The notes under the pieces: model-generated
What the model saw: only the letters and a program-made list of their open reading frames with translations
What the model was told of the DNA's origin: nothing
Databases searched by the model: none
In this document: piece by piece, positions 1 to 12,756 of the stretch
Numbering within the stretch: the first letter of the stretch is position 1
How the letters are laid out: every line of letters begins with the position of its first letter
Position numbers and translations under genes: made by a program
From: Antedon mediterranea
Lineage: Eukaryota; Animalia; Echinodermata
Direction: 5' to 3'
DNA length: 64,000 nucleotides
Assembly (NCBI RefSeq): GCF_964355755.1
Contig: NC_092670.1
Span: forward strand, 33,654,388 to 33,718,387

Positions 1-1082
1 AATATCTACCTCCTTAATAATACGTTTCCATTGAATTGGTATTGCCTTAATAATGCACAAATACTCATTTGACCAGTTTGTTTTACATTGTAGTTTCACC
101 AGTATTTCGTTCGATGTTAAAAAAGTGTTCTTATTAACAATGTCTTTAATACTGATAATGCCACTGTCAATCCAATGCTTGTAGAAAAGCGTTTTTTTTT
201 TAGTTTAACGTAGTGGTTTCCCCACAGTTGCTCATTCATTATATCGTTATAAGTTTCAGGTTTTTTTTTTGAGATTCTGTTATAATTTATGTAGGCTTTT
301 ATCATATTTTTGTAAAACAGTGGAATTTTATCAGAATTAACATCAATAATGTTATAACATGACATATTAAGTAAAACATTAACATCACATATTTTTTTAA
401 TATAATACATTGGAATATTTTTCCATTTAGCACCATCATCATTCATAATTCTTTTTAACCAGCCACACATGAGTGCGTTAACATGAAGAGTAAAATCAGG
501 CATTTTAATGCCTCCCATCTTAACATCACCAATTAGAGTTTTTCTTTTTATCTTTTCCCTTTTATTGTTCCAAATAAAATTATATATTAGATTTGTAACT
601 TGTGTATATACATATTTTGGAACATCAGTGATATTTGCAGCATATGTTAATTTAGATAGTGCAAGACTTTTCAGGATTATTATTCTACCAAAAATTGAGA
701 GATTTCTAGCATTCCATTGTTTTAAAGTCTTTTCTAGCTCTATTAATTTAACATCCCAGTTTTTTCTGGTACATTCTTCTGTATTATACCCTACATATAT
801 GCCTAAAATTTTGATCGGGTGTTTTACCCAATTTAATTCTAAAGGTCTATCTATTCTGTTCTTCCATTTACCAATCCAAAAAGCATTGGTTTTTTTTTTA
901 TTTAGTGTCATTCCAGATACTTCACAAAAACGTTCAATTACACTGACTGCTGACTTAATACTTTTGTCATTACCAACATACAAAACAGTATCATCGGCTA
1001 ATTGGCTTATTCTAGCTTCTATGTTATTTTCATTATTTGGAAGTTTAATACCCTTATAGTCATCTTTGTTTCTTATTCTAGA
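1..1082 (-). mobile_element. L1/Tx1-clade LINE fragment (RT C-terminal half), 5'-truncated
   Basis: ORF 117-983 with SGMTLNKKK, KILGI, WNARNLSIFGRIIILKSLALSKLTY, FIW and GG motifs; paralog intron homology starts at ~1083. Confidence 0.85.
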
Positions 1083-1206
1083 ACGCTGAAATAGTTATTA
1101 TGTTTAAATACTTCCCATTAAAATAGACTATGGCACACATTACACAGACAAGTAAGCGCTGATTTGTAAGAAAATAGAATAAGTTACCGATTAATTTACT
1201 TTACAG

Positions 1207-1266
1207 AAACCTTTCTAATAATTCACTTACAAGCCTACCAACGTTTCCAAAGATAATCTCTTCAGT
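1207..1266 (+). CDS. Paralog LRR exon (exon-3-like)
   Basis: NLSNNSLTSLPTFPKIISS; CAG/GTAAGT. Confidence 0.8.
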
Positions 1267-4200
1267 GTAAGTACTATAGTATACCATCCAACTACTAATT
1301 GTACATTTATTAAAACCATGATCTTTTTTTAAACATTATTTTGATCACTAGGCACAGTAGTAAAGATTTATTTTATTCCTTACTGAAACAAAAAATGTTA
1401 CAAAAAAAAAAAAATGAATATTTGTCATTGAAACATTTAAAAGATTTATGAAAAAAAATTGTCAATTTAAAACGATAACACATCACTTGAGTAACATAAA
1501 ATGAATATTTTGCTTTTGATTTTAGCTCATCCTGCCTTACTTGATAAATTGTATCCATGAATTATTATCCATGAAACCTTTGAAAATGTGGAATTGCGAT
1601 TTTTAAATAACTGATTATCGGTACTATATCTATGTCCAGTTTTCAAACATCTTTATTTCACAACTATGAATGATCAGAATTTTCAAAATCTGCAAGCAAT
1701 AATAGTATAAACAAATGTATACATCTATAAGCTTAGATTATGCAATATATAAAGGCTACCTAAAGTAAACTAAACTACTTGCGGTTTAGGAGGAGATAGA
1801 GAAACAAATTTTGACTTAGTGCTATTAAAATATAGATAAGTGATGGATGTTAAGTTAATTAAAATAAAACTAGAGATATAAATTAAACTAGAGGTTTGTT
1901 TTTAACATAATTTTTTTTTACAGCAATATAAGCTATAACAACCTGAAGGAAATCGACGACGATGCTTTGTTAGATCTACATTATCTTATATCAATGTAAG
2001 GTTTAGACTTATATTTGTTTCATTATGAATAATAAAGTAGCAGTAATAATAACTATATTTTAACATACATAACCCATTATTTAAGATTTGACTGAAAGTA
2101 CTGAATACTACTGAATACTGAATACTGAAATGCTTTATTTGTCATCATCATCATAAAATAACAACAGAAATTCTTCTTGAAGATTGACAATTATTAGTAA
2201 AATAATAAATAGATAAGGTCATAATATCGCCATCAATGCTGATAACACAACTCACAGAATATATTTACTCGTTGGTGTTCCGTCAAGGAAGTGTGAGAAA
2301 AATAAAACCCTCACTATTTCCTGGTTACGTGTACATCCGGAACTTACAATGTGAAATGCAATGTGGACACACCCGATCTGAGTGTAAGTTAGGTGTTAAC
2401 CCAAAACTAAATTATATTAAGGTGAATCATTACACCAAAATGTATACGCTAGTTTTTGTTTTTATTTTCGTTTTTTTTTTTTATAGAAACCTTTAATTTT
2501 TTAATTTTCTAGATATGCAATGAATAACATGTTGACAGAAATATCGACATGTTTTAATGACCTTCCACATCTCCACACTGTGTAAGTTTATCATCCATTT
2601 ATAAATCGATTTATCAACTGTTTCTAACATATATTTTTATATGCCTGCATTAAAAGAAGATGTGTTTGTATTGTGCCAAAATATATATTGTTGTACATTG
2701 ATTATTGACTAAATAATAAAGGTGTAATTACCACTTTAAAGCTTACAATCCAACGGAACTAGATAAATGAAAAGTTGAAATAGTCTGTAGTAGAATTATA
2801 CAATCATGTGGTCAATACAATTATTTAGGTAGGTATAACCGCATGGTTGCCGTAATACGGAACACTATGAATGAATTACGCAATTTGCTATGCACATACA
2901 TGTTGTAGACGAAGCTGATGTGTATTCAGATGTACATATGTCTTTCCATGTCGTCGAACGTAACAGAACGCATGTTCAGAGCTGTTAAGAGCAGTTGTCT
3001 ATAAATATTGACATTTAGGTGGCCAAGTCATAAAAAATGATTTTCTTTAAAATTTGCAAAATGAAAGAGGTTTGGTTGAAACATGCACAGATAAAATTAT
3101 TTTTTTTAAACTGTATCTAGTTGCCATAGTAACAGCCATTTTAAAAATTACAGTATTTTCTTGTAATTTATTCTATAATTTCACCTTCAAATTAGGTAAA
3201 CATTAATTTCAATAACTCTTACAGCGATTGTTGAAATTTACTTTAATATTTAATACAAGATGATGAAATAATAACTAATAAACAAACTGAAAGCAAAACA
3301 TTGCATGTTGGTCGGGTATGGGAATGGACCGTACCATTTATTTTACCATTTTTGTTTTTACTTGATTTACCTTTCGTACAAACCACGTCAGCCAAAAAAA
3401 TCGACCAGAGTGCCATTGGTCACAACCTACCACCCTAGGTTGCCTCCATTACGGGCTTTTATTGAGAAACATATGCCCATTCTACAGTCCATAGAACGTC
3501 TCAGGACTGTTTTTCCGGAACCACCCATTATTGCATTTCGTAGACCTCCCATCCTTCGTGATATATTAGTCAGATCCAAATTTAAGAGTAAAATTAACTC
3601 TCATGACAGCCAGAATTTGGGCAGTCACCTTTGCGCCAAATCTTGCAAAACTTGCTCATTGGGTGATTCTACTGAAAAATTTGAGAGTAACCAAACTGGC
3701 CGCATTTTTCGGATAAGACAATCAATTAATTGTCTAACCAAAAACGTCATTTATCTCATATACTGTAATATTTGTGACAAACAGTACGTCGGAGAAACAA
3801 AAAAACACTCTCCGTATGAGAATGACACAACATAGATCAGCTATCAAAACATTAAAGCTTGATCAACCTGTAGCCGAACATTTTAATTCAGCTGGTCACT
3901 CGATTGCAAATTTCAAAGTTATTGCAATAGACCACGATATCAAATGGAGCGACAAAACTCGCAAAGACAAAGAAAACCACTGGGAATTACTACTTAAAAC
4001 CACAAAACCTTTTGGACTTAACTTTAGGAACATACTCCCAGATCGGTAAAATTATTCCATTGTTTACCAAAATTTAAGTTTCAATATTAACCACAAATTT
4101 TAGCTGTATTTTTAGTTCCATTCCAAAATTGTTTATATCTCTACCAAGGTACCTTCTTTGTTTTCTACTCTTATTCAGTCTCCACCCACTATTCAACACG

Positions 4201-7200
4201 CTGTTTCTATTGTTATATTTCTTATGTATATATATGAGCATTTTAGATATATTAGTCATATATTAAAAATAATTTTTTAGATACGAAAATGTTTATTTAA
4301 AGCTGTATTGTCCCCCTGAAACAAAATAATTTTATACTTTTTTGTTGTTGTTGATTATGTCATTTTAATATCATATAATAATTTTACCTGAAAAACTGTA
4401 CCGGAAATTTAAAGCAAAAAATAGTCAAATTGGCTGCCAGCCAATAGGTTTTTGGTCGAATTTAATCATTTATTTTGTCATTTTAGTAAAAACATGATTT
4501 TTTCTTCATTTTTTTCTACGCAATTTATTAACTTGATTAAAACTACAAAATACCCTATTCAAAGTCTGATGTAATTAGTCTTCATTTATTATGTTTTTTG
4601 GGACAATACATCTTCAGTAACTTCATATCCTTATGTGACATCATTAATTATCTAATTACAATCAACTTGAATCAAAATAAAGAGACTTTGCTTTATACAT
4701 TGATACCAAAAATTATGAGCAAGGAAAAGATAATTGTGTTCCCTACCCCAACATTTTTGTTAATATAGATTGTTGTGTTCACTGTATATAGGTAGGCATC
4801 ATAAAGATACCAACATGTACGTAGTGTAGACCTCTGATATCCCATGTACTGTATGTTGTTGCTTGTAACCCGTTTTTCCTTCACAACTCAAACTTATGGC
4901 CATGTCAAGAACTTAATCACAAGATGTTGAGGTGTCTCCTGATAATTTATTAATCTTGCCCTGGCCAATAATAGACCATTTTCATTAGTCTAGAGTGCAA
5001 TGTTATCAAACAACTTGATAGCCTTGGACTGTGTCCCTTCTTTGAAGTTGTTTTTTCTATAAATATATTGGGTTGGATGTACCAGTAAGTCATTATTTAA
5101 AAATTGTTCGTTTTCATCATTTTTTTTTTGTCGAAGTGAATAACTATTGTAACATTAAAATTGCGTATTGTCATTCAATTATAAGAAAACATGTGTGGTG
5201 TCATTTAAGTCTTTGACCTTTAACATTGTGTCTCCAGAATAAAGTACAGATTAAATGTTAATGTAAAGCTTTAAGGCCACATTTATATTTGTACCTAATA
5301 CATTCTTATTCAAATACTCAAGTTTAGGATATAAAATAATTGTATATAGAATACTAAATTGACCTTTGACCTCGACTACAAAGGAAAAATTAAATTAGTT
5401 ATTCTGAAGGTTAAGGATAATGTTTGTATGTGTTTAACATTTTTTTTACACAAAACGTAGTGGTTAAAGACAAAATTAGGGAAAAAGTTTTCAAATTTCA
5501 GCCATTTTGAATTTATAGAAAATAAGTAATTACTAATAAACAACCCAGTGTAGATTTTAGATACTAATATCTATATAGGCCCATATTTTAGTATGTTTTA
5601 ACAACAACAAAAATAAAACATTTTTGGACTGAAAAGATTACAAAATTACAAATAATATGAGAAAATGCAAATTTTAACTAGAAACACTACACAGAAATTA
5701 CATGATTCCCCGCGATAACTTTAGCGGAAACAGGAGGAGCAATCTTTTAACCAACCATGCTTACACCATGGTTGTTTTTGAAGCGTTACCATCTCGTTGG
5801 AGTTATAGCTATTTGAAAAAAATACACAAATTCCCATGTATGAAATTTCTGAAAACACCCCTAAGAAAAATAATAGTATCTTCTAAATTCAATATGGATT
5901 TACGTAAATTTTTGTTTTACATTAGAGCAAGATTGCTACAAAAAGAATTCACAAAAACGATTCACATATTCTTTTTCGTTTTTCATTGGTGCCATATCTA
6001 CGCCTAAATAAGGGCAAAATTCACATGCTAAAGTGGTAAAATGTTGACAACCATTAATGTTTTGTTCACAAATATATCAGTTTTGTTATGTTTACCTAAA
6101 GTGTGATTAATTACCAAAGTATGAAGAACATTTTTTTTTTGCCATTCTGCCACCTTTTAATGTAATATGTTTATATTTGTAGTCAACCGCTCTTAAATCT
6201 CTCATAAATATGAATATCAAAATGTTTAAGAGTTACTATTTATTTATTTGGAATTACACCTTTAGATGTAATTCCAAATAAATAGCCAATCACATGTGGC
6301 TGAAACTATTCAACCAGATCGTATGCACCATCATAGTGTCAAGAGTACGCGCATCATGTAGGCGTCTTCATAGACTGTGAATTTAGCTCAAATTGTATAC
6401 GTATAAAACGCCATAAAAATGTGCCAAAAATAATAAACCGAAACACAGTATAGAACCTATAATTGATAGTGAGTTTCAAGGTTGTGAAGATGGGAAATTT
6501 CCTGTTTTAACATAATGCTTTCTGTAAACAAACTACTATGATGGATATTATAGTATGAATGAGAGACAGGAATGTTGGTATTAATGTCATTATTACTATT
6601 TGAACAATATTTATTATTTATAATACTTCATTTTGTGTTGCTTTTGGAATAGAATAATAGATCACAACAGTATATCTATACTAAAAAATACTACATTTAA
6701 AGGCTCCAGTAGAGTAGATCATGTGTAAGTGAATACATTTAAAACAAGGCCAACAGCCATTAAGTCGCGTGCTACAATGCATAGTGATACCGGACCGACA
6801 GACAGACCGACAGACCGACAGACCGACAGACAGACAGACAGAGAGACCGACCGACCGACATAGTGAACTATACTGACCGATATTACTGAACATGTTTAAA
6901 AATTTTGAAATGTTTAAAAACATTTATTTTTTTTTTTATTTACACGTGCGTAGCCTGTCACTTTCGACGTGCTCGTATAACGTAATTTCGAGTTGAAAAG
7001 TAAGTCAAGAAAACAGAAATCGGGCAAAAAGAGTGCGCAATAACATTTAACGCGCAGTGCGCGCGCAAAAATATGCGCACTCATGGCAATTTTGTAAACG
7101 CTTAAAATTGCCTGAAATGTACTCTTATTTCATCGAAAATAAATTTTGAAAATGTTAAGCGCGCGTACGCATGCGGTACATGCGCTACGCACGTAATTGT

Positions 7201-7767
7201 ATTGCCATATGATGATTTATGCCCTGAAATTTATGAGTACCAAATTTTATTTAATTGTGATTCATGGTTGTGAAGATATGATTACAAACGTGATTTCGTT
7301 AAATCGTGCGTAGACCACGTAATTTTTTATTGCGCACCGTGAAAACATAACCACATTGATTCCTGTCCATAAGGAATATACTGTGAAAAATTGACTTAGA
7401 TAGATTAAACTGATATCAAGATAAGGTCAGAAAGCGATAAAACGCATAGTGATACCGGACCGACAGACAGACAGACAGACAGACCGACAGACAGACCGAC
7501 AGACAGACAGACAGACAGACCGACCGACCGACATAGTGAACTATAGAGTCGCTTCCACGCGACTAAAAATGCATATTAACAATAACGAAAATCTGCAAAC
7601 TATTACTGCTACTCATACTACTGCTGCTGCGTTCGGCTACTGCTACGACGACTTCTACTACGACGACGACGACTACGACGACGACGATGACGACTACGAC
7701 AACTACGACGACTACGATGACGACGACTACGACGACTACGACTACTACGACTACTACGACTACTACG

Positions 7768-7816
<49 letters not shown>

Positions 7817-9849
7817 ATCTATATATAAATTTACGTAAGGGCAAAATTCGGTAAATCGCGCCTTACTTTTAGAATTTTTACTCGATGGTATGTAAAGTTG
7901 GTTCGAACTTTCGGTACTGATTTTAACCACCTGATGTAACCCTGTTTACTAATTAAATTAAGTTAGATAATTAGTTATTGACGATTAAAACGAATTTAGG
8001 TTCAAAGATTTGCCCCAAATAGGGGTGTTTTCCGATCGTGGTATACACTGTCTAATGGATGTCCATCTTGAAAAATACCCGCCACAAAAATGCGAGGAGG
8101 CTTCGCATTTTTCTATCTCCTCCTACGATAATTGTTTTTAATAGCTGAAAACCGGTTGAACAGTTCGAGTACAGCATCATAATGTTGAAGACAGGCCGAT
8201 TTTCTTTAAAAAATACTATTTTGATACATTTAATATACGTTTTTACAAATATATTGATTTGTGATGAATGGAACATTCCAAATTATTTGGTTTAACCATA
8301 CAGGTATAGATTTAGATTTATGGGCCTCCTTGGGAATAAACATAAATAGTATTGCAATGCTGTACAATACTGTTAAGGTATTAACCACTTTTGATCGCAA
8401 TTTGAATCGCAAATGTCTTACTGTGAGTGTTGGTACTGTTAGATGTAATATAAAAATATATACAAATAAACTTTATTACTGTGAGTGTGGGTAGGCCCTA
8501 CTGTTAGATTATAAACATATAATATACAAATAAACATTCCAAATTATTTGGTTTAATCATAAAGGTATAGATTTAGATTTATGGGCCCCCTTGGAGAATA
8601 AACATAAATAGTATTGCAATGCTGTACAATACTGTTAAGGTATTAACCACTTTTGATCGCAATTTGAATCGCAAATTTCTTACTGTGAGTGTTGGTACTG
8701 TTAGATGTAATATAAAATATATACAAATAAACTTTATTACTGTGAGTGTGGGTAGGCCCTACTGTTAGATTATAAACATATAATATACAAATAAATAAAC
8801 GTTATTACTGACAGTTGCTTCTCAACGTTTGTATTAATTAATAATTTAAAAATATATAAACGTCGTAGTGGTGTATCGTTACATGTACTTTACTATTTCA
8901 ATCGACTATGACAGTGAGAGTTTTAACAAAGTACCGTATTAAATCGTAAATGTTTTACTGTATTTAGTGGTATATTATTTATAGGCCTATAAAACATTAA
9001 AAACAATATTTCGTTACTGAGTGGATAAGAATATATTTTAAAATGTTTCCTCTTTGTACCTATCTTCTTTCCCCATCCCTCAACCCTTAATGTTACATAC
9101 AAAACACAAATTGGGTTTTTTTAAATGAGTCCAAATAAAAAAATTTGTTTCTCTCTCGGAAGTAATTCCCAGGGTGCTAATTTTGGTTGACTACATAAAT
9201 CATTGTGTATATTTATTCGTTTCTGTAAACGACAATGTATTATAGTCCTGCGGTACGTACATTTGAAATCTCCATTTTTTTCTCGCTGGAAATACTGTGT
9301 ATTCGAGAACCATCTGTGGGCACGACCTAGATGGTACGCGAGCGAAGCGAGCGTGCCATCTAGTACTACTAATACTACTAATATTATTAATATGACTAAT
9401 ACTACTACTACTATTACTACTACTACTACTATTACCACAAATACTACCACTACCACTACCAGTACAAATACCACTACGAATGATGCTACTGCTTTTGTTG
9501 CTGATGCTGCTGCCATTGCTGCTACTTCCACCACTGCCGCTATTGCCGATATCGCTAATACTGGTACCGCTACTACTGCTAATTTACCACTATCACCGCT
9601 ACCACCTCTTCTTATCTCTACTGCCACTATCACTACTATCATTAGCATTACTACCAATACTACCACTATCATTTTCACTACTACCACTATCATTATGACT
9701 ACTACCACTAATAGCACTGCCACTACTGCCAAAATCACCACTACTATTGATAATAATGATATAACTGTTTTTTTTTTCAGATACATGTCGTCAAACCATA
9801 TACTTGGCATTGAACCTTTCACTTTTGTAAATATGCAGTTAAGGTTATT
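1207..9849 (+). CDS. Partial inverted paralog of the LRR gene (five LRR exons; 5' end outside the window, no 3' exons found)
   Basis: Exons 1207-1266, 1924-1995, 2513-2581, 6653-6724 and 9781-9849, all AG/GT, phase 2-2, no stops; homologous to minus-strand exons 3, 2, 4, 5 and 6; introns also align. Confidence 0.75.
1924..1995 (+). CDS. Paralog LRR exon (exon-2-like)
   Basis: NISYNNLKEIDDDALLDLHYLIS; CAG/GTAAG. Confidence 0.8.
2513..2581 (+). CDS. Paralog LRR exon (exon-4-like)
   Basis: YAMNNMLTEISTCFNDLPHLHT; TAG/GTAAG. Confidence 0.8.
2989..6192. mobile_element. Non-autonomous DNA transposon, TTAA TSD and GAG...CTC termini (Sola3- or Kolobok-like)
   Basis: TTAA|GAGCAGTTGTCTATAAATA ... 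TATTTGTAGTCAACCGCTC|TTAA; absent at the homologous site (~44970) of the minus-strand gene. Confidence 0.7.
3372..4200 (+). mobile_element. Penelope-like element 3' fragment (GIY-YIG endonuclease)
   Basis: VPLVTTYHP, AFRRPPILRDILVRS, CKTC, NVIYLIYCNICDKQYVGET, RMTQHRS, PVAEHFN; one frameshift near 3800. Confidence 0.9.
6653..6724 (+). CDS. Paralog LRR exon (exon-5-like)
   Basis: IIDHNSISILKNTTFKGSSRVDH; TAG/GTAAGT. Confidence 0.8.
6743..7569 (-). mobile_element. Helentron/HINE-like non-autonomous element with (GTCY)n tracts
   Basis: Minus strand starts TTTTTAGTCGCGTGGAAGCGACT (hairpin), has GTCT/GTCG repeats and ends GGCCTTGTT; absent from the homologous intron at ~40935. Confidence 0.6.
7605..7816. 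repeat. (GAC)n/(TAC)n microsatellite
   Basis: Trinucleotide run; homologous to part of 40230-40900. Confidence 0.95.
8273..8795. repeat. ~260-bp direct tandem duplication
   Basis: ACATTCCAAATTATTTGG...ATATACAAATAAA occurs at ~8273 and ~8534, near-identical. Confidence 0.9.
9360..9760. repeat. Degenerate (ACT)n low-complexity tract
   Basis: Source of spurious Thr/Val-rich ORFs. Confidence 0.9.
9781..9849 (+). CDS. Paralog LRR exon (exon-6-like)
   Basis: YMSSNHILGIEPFTFVNMQLRL; CAG/GTAAG. Confidence 0.8.
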
Positions 9850-10342
9850 GTAAGTTTGTTGAAATAGAAAATATGTTTTATTGTAATTGAAAAGAAAATA
9901 AAAGAGAAAAAGACAATGAATAAAAATTAAAATAAGGAATCATCATCATATAATTCAGACCTTTATAATTCCTCAATTTTTGCATTTTTTTCATTGCCTA
10001 CATGGTTTAATAGTACTAACGATAATAATTATTATTCTTGTAAACAAGCATAATTACCTCAGCCAAGGAGGTTATATGTTTACCCCTGTATGTTTGTGTT
10101 GTGTGTGCGTCTGTGAACAGCCTGGAGCCCACAGTTTTTATCCGAATCTGGATTTTCCACAATGATCTATGCCCCAAAAGCTCAGACGAGTTCGATTGTG
10201 AGGGGAAAAGGTCATAGGTCTAGTTCACAACTATAACACAAAACTATTTTACTGTTTAGAGATCAAAGTTTTATCCGATTCTCAAACTTAAAGCTACAAT
10301 GATCAATGACTCATCATATAAAGGAATTTATATATATATATA

Positions 10343-11170
10343 TCGAGTCTCGGTTGGGGCGACTTTTTCTCATTCTCACAGATTTCCTCATCTTTATCGT
10401 TTCAAATTAATTAATTAAATTTCAGTATATCACCGGGTGGTTTAGAATTAATGTTCTTTGCCTGATTTGTTTATATATATGAATAAAAATACTGAAAGAT
10501 GAGGGCGTATCAATTTGATCTCTGTTGCGCGTGCGTACAACTGAGGACTAGTGCTGTTCCGCCGTACCACGCCGAGATTGTTAAAGAGTCGTTATCCAAT
10601 CGAGTTCGAACAATACCATGAAAGCCCAGTGGTCTAATGGTTAGGACATCTGCATATCAAGCAGGCGGTCCGAGTTTGAGTCTCAGTTGGGGCGACTTTT
10701 TCTCATTCTCACAGATTTCCTCATCTTTATCGTTTCAAATTAATTAATTAAATTTCAGTATATCACCGGGCGGCTTAGAATTAATGTTCTTTGCCTATTG
10801 TGTTTATGTATATAAAAGTATCTCTTCGGAGATCCCGCCTCGTGAATAAAAATACTGAAAGATGAGGGCGTATCAATTTGATCTCTGTTGCGCGTGCGTA
10901 CAACTGAGGACTAGTGCTGTTCCGCCGTACCACGCCGAGAATGTTAAAGAGTCGTTATCCAATCGAGTTCGAACAATACCATAAAAGCCCCAGTGGTCTA
11001 ATGGTTAGGATATCTGCATATCAAGCAGGCGGTCCAAGTTCGAGTCTCGGTTGGGGCGACTTTTTCTCATTCTCACAGATTTCCTCATCTTTATCGTTTC
11101 AAATTAATTAATTAAATTTCAGTATATCACCGGGCGGTTTAGAATTAATGTTCTTTGCCTATTGTGTTTA
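10343..11170 (+). repeat. Tandem array of ~365-bp family-A units with an internal tRNA-like gene (anticodon ATC)
   Basis: Same unit as 25225-27032; units joined at (TA)n. Confidence 0.9.
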
Positions 11171-11216
11171 TATATATATATATATAAACACATTAGGCAA
11201 TGAACATTAATATTAA

Positions 11217-11289
<73 letters not shown>

Positions 11290-11293
<4 letters not shown>

Positions 11294-11387
11294 AAAATCA
11301 TACTGTAAATTATAGAAACAGTGCTCATATTCGGAACATGATCTCAGTATATCACCGGGTGGTTTAGAATTGTTCTTTGCCTACTGT

Positions 11388-11457
<70 letters not shown>

Positions 11458-11622
11458 AAAATCATACTGTAAATTATAGAAACAGTGCTCATATTCGGAA
11501 CATGATCTCATAATCACGTCGAGCATAGCTCATTGGCGAAAGTTCCGTATTTTTTAGTTGTATGAAAAAATGTCTCTGGCGGGATTCGAACCTGCAACCT
11601 CTCGCTTACAGGGCGAATATCA
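11290..11622. repeat. Fragments of family-B tRNA-containing repeat interleaved with (TA)n and family-A ends
   Basis: AAATCATACTGTAAATTATAGAAACAGTGCTC... matches 32001-34140. Confidence 0.85.
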
Positions 11623-12524
11623 TATATCGTATTTTACTTGGCTGCGGTCCGGCCAATCATATCTCTATAACTTGTCATAAAATATCAATGAAAATCACTA
11701 TAAGTAACCTTCGGGTGAAGGGTAAACATATTAAAAAATAAAAACGCACGTGAAATTGCGTGTTAAAAAATTAAAAAGCTCAAAATTAAGTGTTGATCAA
11801 TTAGAGCATGAATTAGGACATTTGCGTGTTTAAAAAATTACTGTGCAAAAACACGTTTTTGTGCGCGCGATTCTTAGAAAGCATAAACAATAAAATTTAT
11901 TGTAGAAATCACATTCTACTCACAATCTTTAGTACATTCACTAAATGTGAGTACATTCAGTCCATCCAGTTGTACGCACGTGCACCAAATATCAAATTGA
12001 TACGCCTCGTGCTGAGGGACTAGTGCCGTACCACTCCGAGAATGTTTCGCGATGATAGCTGATCTGCTGAACGGCGACACATTAATACTGATTACACAAT
12101 AATTATGCCTGACGAATAGTTTCTTAGCTATGGTTTATTGAAGCAAATAATATGACACCAATTAATTTATGTTTAACAGTTTTTTTTTAATATATTTCCT
12201 CGCACGTAACCAGTAACATGATCTATACGATATATAGATATAATCTGAAGGGTTAGATTAATGTATTATTATCTTAGCTTAAGGGTATCAAATATTATGA
12301 GATTTTGGTATGTGATAAACTAGAAGCTAGTAAATTATGCATTATGTCATTAGTCCCGAAACGTCCACTAACATTCGCGACGACAGTGCTACCAAGCAAG
12401 GTTTACATGCGTATGTGATACAGAATCTAAAGTCGTCAACTGGACCTATAATTGACGAAATTGAGTTCAACGACTTTACCAAATATGCCCAACCAAACAC
12501 AAATGCATGCGCACAATAAATGGC

Positions 12525-12756
12525 GTATTGGTCAACTACCACTCGGACAACTACCACCCAGGCAATTAGTATAACTATTCCCCTATGGCAACTACCCTCT
12601 AGGAGAACTACCATCTAGGATAACTACCCTCTAGGACAACTATCCATAGGATTATCAATTCTAGGACTACTACCCTCTATGCACCCTATGAAAACTACCC
12701 CTCTGCCTAGAACAACTACCCTCTAGGACATCTATAAACCCTAGGACAACTACCAA
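12525..12756. repeat. Degenerate ~18-bp repeat GGACAACTACCCTCTA
   Basis: About ten imperfect copies; probably the subterminal repeats of a DNA transposon. Confidence 0.6.

Noticed and set aside
508-1059. Antisense ORFs over transposon genes (also 51081-54604 and 57972-59432)
   Set aside because: Shadow frames of LINE and Gypsy coding sequence.
7449-9853. Poly-Thr/Val/Leu/Tyr mucin-like ORFs (also 40167-40948)
   Set aside because: Translations of intronic trinucleotide microsatellites; only the 69-bp LRR exon within them is supported.
12278-12519. Possible terminal exon for the plus-strand paralog
   Set aside because: No similarity to exon 7 or later exons and no LRR pattern; cannot be supported without transcripts.
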